64,000 nt of DNA from an uncultured Peptococcaceae bacterium (GTDB taxonomy: Bacteria > Bacillota > Peptococcia > Peptococcales > Peptococcaceae). The stretch is taken from NCBI GenBank assembly GCA_902462325.1, contig CABQBF010000001.1, positions 11,478 to 75,477 of the forward strand, written 5' to 3'. Shown piece after piece: positions 27,708 through 35,750 of the stretch. The notes beneath the pieces are model-generated. The model worked only from the letters and a program-made list of their open reading frames with translations, was not told the origin of the DNA and ran no database searches. Each line of letters opens with the position of its first letter. The first letter of the stretch is position 1. The position numbers and the translations under genes are program-made.

Positions 27708-29255
27708 ATGCAACTTTTTGACAAAGACCTTTTGTCTGTACAGGAAGTGCGCGACTTAGTAAGTGCAGCAAAAGAAGCACAGGCAGAACTGGCTGAAAAA
27801 TCCCAGGAAGACGTGGATCGCATTGTGAAATCCATCGCTGACGCCGGTGTGCGCAACGCAGCTCGTCTGGCTGTAATGGCTAACGAAGATACCGGTTTTG
27901 GTATCGTAGCTGATAAAGTAGTGAAAAACGTATTTGGTAGCTACAATGTTTACAACGCTATCAAAGATATGAAAACCATTGGTGTAATTGACAGAAACGA
28001 TGAAAAGGGTCTGATTACCATTGCAGTACCTCTGGGCGTTGTAGCTGGGATTGTTCCATCTACCAACCCAACTTCTACCGTTTTCTTCAAATCAGAAATT
28101 GCTATCAAATCCGGGAACTCGATTGTATTCTCTCCACATCCATCTGCACTGCGCTGCATCCAGGAAGCTGTTAAAGTAATCCGTCAAGCGATTGCAGAAG
28201 TTGGCGGCAACGAAAATCTGGTTTCCTGCATCAGCATTCCAACCAGACAGGCTACCGAAACTCTGATGAGACATCCAGACACCGCTATGATTTTAGCAAC
28301 TGGCGGTTCTGCAATGGTTCATGCAGCTTATTCCTCCGGGAACCCTGCAATCGGCGTAGGTCCTGGTAATGGTCCAGCCTTCATTGATAAGAGCGCAGAC
28401 CTGGCTCTGGCTGTAAAACGGATTATGGACTCCAAAACTTTCGACAACGGTACCATTTGCGCTTCCGAACAGTCCATCATCTGCGAAGAAGATTACAAAC
28501 CGGCTGTTCAGGCTGAAATGGAAAAACAGGGCGCTTACTTCCTGAGCGATGAAGAAAGTGCCAAACTGGGCAAATTCATTCTGCGTGCTAACGGCACCAT
28601 GAACCCACAGATTGTTGGGAAGAGTGTACAGACCATCGCTGGCTTGGCTGGCTTAGAAGTTCCTGCCGGCGCTCGCGTACTGGTTGCAAAAGAAGATGGC
28701 GTTGGCCGTGGTCATCCATACTCCAACGAAAAACTGGCTCCAATCTTAGGCTTCTACACAGGCAAAGACTACAAAGATGTTTGCGATAAAGTCTGCATGA
28801 TTTTGAGCTATGAAGGGAAAGGTCATACCTTCTCCATGCATACCAACAACCAGGAAATGGTTGAATATTTTGCAAAACGGGTACCAGTATCCCGTATCTG
28901 CGTAAACACCCCAAGTACACTGGGCGGTATCGGCGCAAGCACTGCATTGATGCCATCCTTGACACTGGGCTGCGGCGCAATCGGCGGTTCTGCTACTTCT
29001 GAAAACGTAGGTCCAATGCAGTTATTAAATCTGCGCTATGTTGCCATCGGCGCTCTGGAAATTGAAGACATTCGCGCTACTCTGCCAGATTGCTCCAGCG
29101 GCGTATGCGTTATGAGAAACAACAATGCTGCTGCTCCTGCAGCCGCTCCAACACTGGGCGCTGCTGCTCCAGCTTCCACTGCCAGCGCATCTTTGAATGA
29201 TAGCCAGATGGATGAACTGGTTCGCAAAATTATTGAACGTTTACAGAATGCGTAA
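27708..29255 (+). CDS. CoA-acylating aldehyde dehydrogenase (EutE/PduP family) with a C-terminal encapsulation-peptide-like helix
   Basis: [21 protein letters not shown] and [10 protein letters not shown] are the ALDH acylating motifs. The C-terminus is an Ala/Pro linker followed by [17 protein letters not shown]. Confidence 0.9.
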   Translation: MQLFDKDLLSVQEVRDLVSAAKEAQAELAEKSQEDVDRIVKSIADAGVRNAARLAVMANEDTGFGIVADKVVKNVFGSYNVYNAIKDMKTIGVIDRNDEKGLITIAVPLGVVAGIVPSTNPTSTVFFKSEIAIKSGNSIVFSPHPSALRCIQEAVKVIRQAIAEVGGNENLVSCISIPTRQATETLMRHPDTAMILATGGSAMVHAAYSSGNPAIGVGPGNGPAFIDKSADLALAVKRIMDSKTFDNGTICASEQSIICEEDYKPAVQAEMEKQGAYFLSDEESAKLGKFILRANGTMNPQIVGKSVQTIAGLAGLEVPAGARVLVAKEDGVGRGHPYSNEKLAPILGFYTGKDYKDVCDKVCMILSYEGKGHTFSMHTNNQEMVEYFAKRVPVSRICVNTPSTLGGIGASTALMPSLTLGCGAIGGSATSENVGPMQLLNLRYVAIGALEIEDIRATLPDCSSGVCVMRNNNAAAPAAAPTLGAAAPASTASASLNDSQMDELVRKIIERLQNA

Positions 29256-29331
29256 GCATAAATGAAAAATGTTTAAAATCTTAAAACAATAAAAATCATA
29301 AGATTGTATTTTTTAAGGAGGAATTTGTGTT

Positions 29332-29613
29332 ATGGCTGCAACGCAAGCTTTAGGTATGATTGAAACAAAAGGTGTAGTAGCTGCTATTGAAGCTGCTGAC
29401 GCTATGGTAAAAGCCGCTAATGTTACTCTGATTGGGAAAGAACACATCGGCGCTGGTCTGGTAGATGTAATGGTGCGCGGCGATGTAGGCGCTGTAAAAG
29501 CTGCTGTAGACGCAGGTGCTGCCGCTGCTGAACGTGTTGGGGAATTGATGTTTGTGCATGTAATCCCAAGACCACATGACGAAGTAGAAGAAATTCTGCC
29601 AACTCTGGGCTAA
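29332..29613 (+). CDS. BMC-H shell protein (PduA/EutM-like)
   Basis: 93 aa. ALGMIETKG...[17 protein letters not shown]...HVIPRPH. Confidence 0.9.
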   Translation: MAATQALGMIETKGVVAAIEAADAMVKAANVTLIGKEHIGAGLVDVMVRGDVGAVKAAVDAGAAAAERVGELMFVHVIPRPHDEVEEILPTLG

Positions 29614-29670
29614 GTATCGTTATCTCATATAATTGCTGAAAGAACAGCGTAGAAAAAGGAGTGTATAGCA

Positions 29671-29952
29671 ATGGCTACAATGCAAGCATTAGGCATGGTT
29701 GAAACAAAAGGTCTGGTACCTTCTATCGAAGCTGCGGATGCTATGGTAAAAGCCGCTAATGTTACCCTGATTGGGAAAGTACAGGTAGGCGGCGGCTTAA
29801 TCTGCGTTATGGTACGCGGTGATGTAGGCGCAGTAAAATCTTCTGTAGACGCAGGCGCTGCTGCTGCAGAAAGAATTGGCGGTCTGTTGGCTGTTCATGT
29901 AATTCCAAGACCACATGAAGAAGTAGAAGCAATTCTGCCTAAATTAAAATAA
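29671..29952 (+). CDS. BMC-H shell protein (PduA/EutM-like), copy 1 of an identical pair
   Basis: 93-aa canonical BMC-H. The protein is identical to the product of 30030-30311. Confidence 0.9.
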   Translation: MATMQALGMVETKGLVPSIEAADAMVKAANVTLIGKVQVGGGLICVMVRGDVGAVKSSVDAGAAAAERIGGLLAVHVIPRPHEEVEAILPKLK

Positions 29953-30029
29953 GTTTGACAGAATTTTTCCCGGTACCGGCGCTTTCTAGTGTGCGCCGGA
30001 AGCCGGAAGTTGAAGGAGTGTATAGATAA

Positions 30030-30311
30030 ATGGCTACAATGCAAGCTTTAGGCATGGTTGAAACAAAAGGTTTGGTACCTTCTATCGAAGCTGCAGATGC
30101 TATGGTAAAGGCTGCAAACGTTACCCTGATTGGTAAAGTACAGGTAGGCGGCGGCTTGATTTGTGTAATGGTACGCGGTGATGTAGGCGCAGTAAAATCT
30201 TCCGTAGATGCTGGTGCTGCTGCCGCTGAACGGATTGGCGGTCTGCTGGCTGTTCATGTAATCCCAAGACCACACGAAGAAGTAGAAGCAATTCTGCCTA
30301 AATTAAAATAG
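30030..30311 (+). CDS. BMC-H shell protein (PduA/EutM-like), copy 2 of an identical pair
   Basis: The protein is 100% identical to copy 1, but the DNA differs at about 22 codons, all synonymously. Confidence 0.9.
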   Translation: MATMQALGMVETKGLVPSIEAADAMVKAANVTLIGKVQVGGGLICVMVRGDVGAVKSSVDAGAAAAERIGGLLAVHVIPRPHEEVEAILPKLK

Positions 30312-30352
30312 GATTACAGTTTTAATTCTGACCCAATAAGGGGGTGTAGCGT

Positions 30353-31141
30353 TTGAAGGTACTTACAGAAGCAAAGGTGAGAGCGGAGGTGCCGCGCAGT
30401 GCGCAGCCCGAGGTTTACTATGTGGAGCCGGGGTATATCCTCTCGCCGGCAGCTCGTGAATATCTGATGGGACGTCAAATCAAAATTTCTAACGGACCAA
30501 AGCCCGGTGAAGAGCCGGAAGCCGTCATCGCTGCAGATGAGGTTCCCCCTATGCCTGCTGCAGCGCCTCAGACGAAGGCTGACTGTGCCAAATATGTGGA
30601 TTACACCACAGGCGCCTGCTATTTTGAAAAACCGGTGCATATGACTGTTTTATACGGCGATGTGCTGGTGGCCAAGGATCATCCGCAGATTTTATTCCGC
30701 GGTAAGGTGGAGAGCCTGCAAGCGCAGATTATTCTCTATCAGGCCATGATTGCAGAGCAAAACGGCAGCCAGAAGCTGATTGATGATTTAAATAATATTT
30801 TAACGATTTTACGAAATATCCTGCGGAGTCATGTATTAAATCAGCCGCTGGAAGTGGAAAGCATTATCGGGCTGAGCCCTGTGGAATTAGAAGAACGGGT
30901 CAAAGAGCCAATGCGGTACTTCCGGCTTGAGCAGGCCGGTATCCCCGATTATACCCGGGGAATCCAATATGCCCGGCTGAATCAACTGTATACACAGACG
31001 CGGGAAGTAGAAGTGGCAGCCATTACAGCGCTCCACGAAGGAAACCAATATACCAGAAGCGATATTCTGGAAACCTTAAACTGGTTGTCCAGCGCGTTTC
31101 GGGTAATGATGTTTATGCAGTTGGCAGGTGAATATAAATGA
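30353..31141 (+). CDS. EutT/PduO-family (Cob_adeno_trans-like) cobalamin adenosyltransferase homologue
   Basis: The N-terminus (LTEAKVRAEV....ILSPAAREYLMGRQIKI) and VAKDHPQILFRGKVESLQAQII resemble EutT as I remember it. TTG start after GGGGGTG. Confidence 0.5.
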   Translation: MKVLTEAKVRAEVPRSAQPEVYYVEPGYILSPAAREYLMGRQIKISNGPKPGEEPEAVIAADEVPPMPAAAPQTKADCAKYVDYTTGACYFEKPVHMTVLYGDVLVAKDHPQILFRGKVESLQAQIILYQAMIAEQNGSQKLIDDLNNILTILRNILRSHVLNQPLEVESIIGLSPVELEERVKEPMRYFRLEQAGIPDYTRGIQYARLNQLYTQTREVEVAAITALHEGNQYTRSDILETLNWLSSAFRVMMFMQLAGEYK

Positions 31142-31764
31142 GCGAAACAAGCATGATTGATCAGGTCGTCAATGCGGTTGTAGATACAATCAACAGAGAA
31201 TATGTGCAGGTTGAAGTTTCTGCACGGCACGTACATTTGAGTCAGGCTGATTTGGAAGTATTATTTGGGCCAGGCGCAACATTAACACCAAAACGTGAAT
31301 TGTCGCAGCCGGGTCAGTTTCTTTCTGAACAGCGCGTAACACTGGTGGGGCCAAAGGGCAGAAAAGAAAATGTTTCTGTTTTAGGGCCTGTGCGGAAAGC
31401 CACCCAGGTTGAATTATCCAAGAGTGATGCCAGAGGTTTAGGGGTGAAGGCTCCATTGCGGGAATCGGGCGATGTAGCTGGCTCCGGTTCTATCACATTG
31501 GAAGGGCCGAAAGGCAGCGTAACAATTCCGGAAGGCGTCATTGTGGCTCACTGCCACATTCATATGACAACTGCCGATGCCCGCAGAATGGGCTTGACCG
31601 ATAATCAGCACGTCAGTGTAGAAATCGGCGGCGAACGTCCGCTGGTGTTCAAAGATGTGATTGTTCGTGTCAGCGATAAATTCCGCTGCCGAATGCACAT
31701 TGACACCGATGAAGGCAATGCAACCAGCTTAGGAAAACTGACCTTAGGCAGAATTATTAAATAA
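31138..31764 (+). CDS. pduL: phosphate propanoyl/acetyl-transferase PduL
   Basis: It has the two PduL repeats (VEVSARHVHLSQADLEVLFG; IVAHCHIHMTTADARRMG). The N-terminal helix IDQVVNAVVDTI looks like an encapsulation peptide. Confidence 0.9.
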   Translation: MSETSMIDQVVNAVVDTINREYVQVEVSARHVHLSQADLEVLFGPGATLTPKRELSQPGQFLSEQRVTLVGPKGRKENVSVLGPVRKATQVELSKSDARGLGVKAPLRESGDVAGSGSITLEGPKGSVTIPEGVIVAHCHIHMTTADARRMGLTDNQHVSVEIGGERPLVFKDVIVRVSDKFRCRMHIDTDEGNATSLGKLTLGRIIK

Positions 31765-31789
31765 AATTCCAGCGAAGGAGTTTTTCAGC

Positions 31790-32623
31790 ATGATGGATTT
31801 ACAACGGGTAAATGCCTATATGGAACGGGTGGAGCAGTCGGAGAAGCAAACCTTCAAGCCGGTCGGCGAGAAGCTGAAGGTCGGTTTGGATTTGGGGACG
31901 GCTTACATTGTTCTGGTTGTATTGGATGAAGAAGATAACCCCATCGCTTGCGAAAAGCAGGCGGCCAGTGTTTTGAAAGATGGCGTTGTGGTAGATTATG
32001 TGGGTGCTCTGCAAATTGTGAGAGCCTTGAAAGAAAAGCTGGAAGAACGGCTAGGCACCCAATTACAGTATTGTGCCATTGCCATGCCGGCTGGCACAGA
32101 AGACAGCATCAAAACCCATCAATATATTGCAGAAGGCGCAGGCTTTGAAGTAACCAATATTTTGGATGAGCCATCGGCAGCCAATGCTATCTATCAGATT
32201 GAAGACGGTGTTGTGGTTGATATCGGCGGCGGTACGACGGGGCTGGCGATTTTAAAAAACGGCATAGTCACCCAGATTGAAGATGAGCCTACCGGCGGTA
32301 CCCATGTATCGCTGGTGCTGGCGGGAAATTATAAAATTCCCTTCGACGAGGCAGAACAGATTAAGCAGGACTATAAGCGCCACAAAGAAATCTTTCCTGT
32401 GGTGAAACCTGTACTGGAAAAAATGGCTACCATCGTCAATCGCTACGTGAAAAAAGGTGATGTGGATACCATCTATCTTTGCGGTGGTACCTGCTGCTTG
32501 ACCGGCATTGAGACCGTTTTTGAAAAAATAACCGGCATTCATACCGTAAAACCGGCCAATCCGTTTTTGGTAACACCGGCTGGCATTGCGATGAATTGCA
32601 AGCTGGATGGGACAGTTGTATAA
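31790..32623 (+). CDS. eutJ: EutJ-like actin/Hsp70-fold chaperone
   Basis: VGLDLGTAYIVLVV, VVDIGGGTTGLAI and IYLCGGTC are ASKHA phosphate motifs in an EutJ-sized protein. Confidence 0.85.
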   Translation: MMDLQRVNAYMERVEQSEKQTFKPVGEKLKVGLDLGTAYIVLVVLDEEDNPIACEKQAASVLKDGVVVDYVGALQIVRALKEKLEERLGTQLQYCAIAMPAGTEDSIKTHQYIAEGAGFEVTNILDEPSAANAIYQIEDGVVVDIGGGTTGLAILKNGIVTQIEDEPTGGTHVSLVLAGNYKIPFDEAEQIKQDYKRHKEIFPVVKPVLEKMATIVNRYVKKGDVDTIYLCGGTCCLTGIETVFEKITGIHTVKPANPFLVTPAGIAMNCKLDGTVV

Positions 32624-33452
32624 AAGGTTGTTTAATAAGAAAGAAGGGGATTCCTTGGACTTCGATGCGTTGGTAGACGAACTTGCAAATCGTGTGCGTG
32701 CAGCGCTGGCCGTGCAGGAAGCTGCAGAACAGCTGGTTTCGGCTTGCAGCACCACCGGCTTCTGCACTGCAGATGCACCAGAGTCGCAGAAACCAATCTT
32801 GATTGGTCTGACTCAGGATAGTCCACTGCCACCTTGCCGCTTTACTCTGCTGGAAAGTGCCAGAGTAAAAGAGAAATACCGCATTCAATGTGCGCAGAAA
32901 TGCAACTATGATGTGGATATTGCCAGCTGCGAAGCCGTGGTACTCCATGATTTGACCAATGAATCGCTGGCCAAAATTGCCAGCGGCATCTGTGACACCC
33001 CTTACACCAAGCTAGTGTCGCAGGCATTGTTAATGGGAAAGACAGTTTATCTGCTGCAGGATCAGATTGAATTATACAACTACCGGCAGACTGCCGCTAA
33101 GGTGTATTATAAGATGTTCCGCGGCCAGCTCGGTATGCTGGAACAGTCCGGTCTGGTGATTTGCTGCCCGGATAAAATTGAAGAGATTCTTGTGCAGGCC
33201 GCTGGCGGTGGTGCAGCTACTTGCCAAACCACCTGCGTAAAGGATGCAGATAAAAAAGAAGCAGAACAGGCGACAGAACCTAAGGCTGCTGACAAAACCG
33301 TGAAGCTGGAAAATCATTTAATCAGCGAACGGAGCGTTGCCGAAGCTTGCCAGTCTGGAGCAAGCCGGATTGTTGTCGGTGCAAAAGCCATTGTAACTGA
33401 TTTAGCCAAGGAATATGCGCAGAACCGGAATGTAGAGCTGGTTCGGGAATAA
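32607..33452 (+). CDS. BMC-associated protein of unknown function (flavoprotein-fold-like core, EutQ/EutT-N-terminal-like C-terminal module)
   Basis: It has an N-terminal amphipathic helix (LDFDALVDELANRVRAAL) and a core with LTNESLAKIASGICDTPYTKLVSQALLMGKTVYLL (PF02441-like by memory). The C-terminus is ISERSVAEACQSGASRIVVGAKAIVTDLAKEYAQNRNVELV. The start is uncertain (ATG 32607 or TTG 32655). Confidence 0.4.
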   Translation: MGQLYKRLFNKKEGDSLDFDALVDELANRVRAALAVQEAAEQLVSACSTTGFCTADAPESQKPILIGLTQDSPLPPCRFTLLESARVKEKYRIQCAQKCNYDVDIASCEAVVLHDLTNESLAKIASGICDTPYTKLVSQALLMGKTVYLLQDQIELYNYRQTAAKVYYKMFRGQLGMLEQSGLVICCPDKIEEILVQAAGGGAATCQTTCVKDADKKEAEQATEPKAADKTVKLENHLISERSVAEACQSGASRIVVGAKAIVTDLAKEYAQNRNVELVRE

Positions 33453-33477
33453 TGGCGTCATAAGAGGAGGAGTTTCA

Positions 33478-33762
33478 GTGCAGATTGCAAAAGTAATCGG
33501 CAATATCTGGGCAACCAGAAAGGAATCAACACTGACCGGTATGAAGCTGCTGATTGTACAGCCTATCAACATTTTAGATGGCGATAAGCCGTGCAGCGAG
33601 CCCATTGTGGCAGCCGATATGATTGGCGCCGGCATGGGCGAGACGGTTATTATTGTAACCGGCAGCACCGCCCGGGTGGCTACAGGCTCGGCAGAAGCGT
33701 CGGTAGACGCCACTGTCATCGGCATTGTAGACGACAAAGAGTTTGATGCCAATTTAATTTAA
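33478..33762 (+). CDS. BMC-P pentameric vertex protein (EutN/PduN/CcmL family)
   Basis: MQIAKVIGNIWATRK...LLIVQP...VAADMIGAG.GE.VIIVTGS is the EutN/CcmL pattern. GTG start after GAGGAGG. Confidence 0.9.
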   Translation: MQIAKVIGNIWATRKESTLTGMKLLIVQPINILDGDKPCSEPIVAADMIGAGMGETVIIVTGSTARVATGSAEASVDATVIGIVDDKEFDANLI

Positions 33763-33806
33763 ATAGTAGGAAAGTCCCATAGATTTTCTTTAGAAAAGTG
33801 TGGTGT

Positions 33807-35162
33807 ATGACCTTGAGTTTTATTGATACAGTAAAAGATGCAGGTATCGTAGGGGCCGGCGGCGCCGGTTTTCCAACGCACGTGAAGCTGAATGCGAAAG
33901 CCGAATACTTTATCGTAAACGCAGCGGAATGTGAACCACTGATTGAAACAGATAAATATCTGTGCCGTACCTTTGCTGATCAGATCGTAGAAGCAGTGCT
34001 GGCTACCGCCGCTCATATCGGCGCAAGCCGCAAAGTCATCGCACTCAAAGGCAAATACAAAGAAGAAATCGCTTCTTTGCAGGCTGCTATTGACCGTGCG
34101 CATGCCGACATCGAAATTTTTCAGATGCCAACCTTCTACCCTGCCGGCGATGAACAGACCATGGTACAGATGGTTACTGGCAGAAGCGTACCAGAACGCG
34201 GTCTTCCGCTAGACGTAGGCGCTGTGGTAGACAACGTTGGTACCATGCTCAATCTGTATGAAGCGCTGCATGGCGCACCTGTTACAGAAAAATATCTGTC
34301 TGTAGTAGGGGAAGTAAAAGAACCGATTATGCTGAAAGTGCCAATTGGTACTCCAGTAACCGAATGTATCGCGGCTGCACAGCCGACCATCAGCGACTAT
34401 GCCATCATTTTAGGCGGCCCGATGATGGGTAAAATCCCTGCCGATGACCAAGCCATCCAGGCAGCAGTTGTTACAAAAACCACCGGTAATATTATCGTAT
34501 TGCCAAAAGACCATTATCTGTTCCAGCGGGCCAGTCTGCCGCTGGCAACCATTAAACGGCAGGCTCGCGCAGCCTGCATCCAGTGTAAAATGTGTACCGA
34601 TTTGTGCCCTCGCTACATGATTGGGCATCAAATCCGTCCAAACCTGGTAATGCGCAATATCTGGAGAGAAGACCAGATTACCGATAACGATGAGTACCTG
34701 GCAAATTTTGGCGATGCCATGAACTGCTGCGACTGCGGCATTTGTGAAATGTTCGCTTGCCCGATGGGGCTGTCGCCACGGAAAGTCAACAGCTATGTGA
34801 AAGGTCAGTTGCGTGCCAAAGGCATTCAGGTTCCTCGCAATATGGAACCAGTTGCTCGGGACGCTATTGACAACCGTCGCGTTCCAACTCACCGGCTCAT
34901 TGCCCGTCTGGACTTGGCTGAGTTTGACGGTCTGCACGCCCATACCTGCATAGAATTGAAACCGGAAACGGTATATATTCCATTTAGTCAGCATATTGGC
35001 AAACCGGCTGTTGCCGCTAAAAAAGTGGGCGACCGCGTTGTAAAAGGCGAAGTGCTGGCTGCTGCGGCAGAAGGATTATCCACCAATATTCACGCCAGCA
35101 TGGACGGCGTAATTGTTGCCATTGATGAAAAAGGCGCTCGTATAAGCGGAAAGGAGGTATAA
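33807..35162 (+). CDS. PduS-like (RnfC/NuoF-type) Fe-S flavoprotein
   Basis: GAGGAGFPTHVK, NAAECEPL, and two ferredoxin-type clusters (CIQCKMCTDLCP; CCDCGICEMFACP). Confidence 0.85.
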   Translation: MTLSFIDTVKDAGIVGAGGAGFPTHVKLNAKAEYFIVNAAECEPLIETDKYLCRTFADQIVEAVLATAAHIGASRKVIALKGKYKEEIASLQAAIDRAHADIEIFQMPTFYPAGDEQTMVQMVTGRSVPERGLPLDVGAVVDNVGTMLNLYEALHGAPVTEKYLSVVGEVKEPIMLKVPIGTPVTECIAAAQPTISDYAIILGGPMMGKIPADDQAIQAAVVTKTTGNIIVLPKDHYLFQRASLPLATIKRQARAACIQCKMCTDLCPRYMIGHQIRPNLVMRNIWREDQITDNDEYLANFGDAMNCCDCGICEMFACPMGLSPRKVNSYVKGQLRAKGIQVPRNMEPVARDAIDNRRVPTHRLIARLDLAEFDGLHAHTCIELKPETVYIPFSQHIGKPAVAAKKVGDRVVKGEVLAAAAEGLSTNIHASMDGVIVAIDEKGARISGKEV

Positions 35163-35166
35163 TGCT

Positions 35167-35706
35167 ATGGGAAATGCATTAGGCATGATTGAATTGTCCA
35201 GTATTGCCCGAGGCATCGAAACCTGCGATTACATGGTGAAAGCTGCTCAGGTAGATCTGGTACGCGCTTCCACAGTTTGTCCAGGTAAATACATCATCAT
35301 TATCGGCGGTGATACTGCTGATGTAAGAGCCTCCATGACAGAAGGATCTAAAATTGGGGGGCCCTATGTAGTGGATACATTGTTAATCCCCAATATTAAC
35401 GAACAGGTAATTCCAGCCATCTCCATGACCAATCAGGTGACCGACCGTGACGCCATTGGGATTTTGGAATTCTACTCCATCGCCTCTGCTATCACGGCTG
35501 CCGATGTGGCTGCCAAAGCTGCCGATGTTACCTTAATTGAAGTGAGAATTGGGTATGCCATCGGCGGAAAAGGCTTTGTAACCTTAACCGGCGATGTAGG
35601 AGCGGTTCGCGCTGCAGTTGCTGCGGCTAAAGAAAACGCTGAATTACTGGTGAATACAAGTATCGTACCAAGACCAGCAAATCAGTTGTTTGACGCATTG
35701 TTATAA
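35167..35706 (+). CDS. BMC-T tandem-domain shell protein, PduT-like (candidate pore 4Fe-4S site)
   Basis: Two BMC domains in 179 aa. The TVCPGKY motif lies at the position of the PduT cluster-ligand Cys. Confidence 0.85.
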   Translation: MGNALGMIELSSIARGIETCDYMVKAAQVDLVRASTVCPGKYIIIIGGDTADVRASMTEGSKIGGPYVVDTLLIPNINEQVIPAISMTNQVTDRDAIGILEFYSIASAITAADVAAKAADVTLIEVRIGYAIGGKGFVTLTGDVGAVRAAVAAAKENAELLVNTSIVPRPANQLFDALL

Positions 35707-35750
35707 TCCAAGAAGATACAGTTAAAATCTTGTCTAAGGAGAGAGATAGA

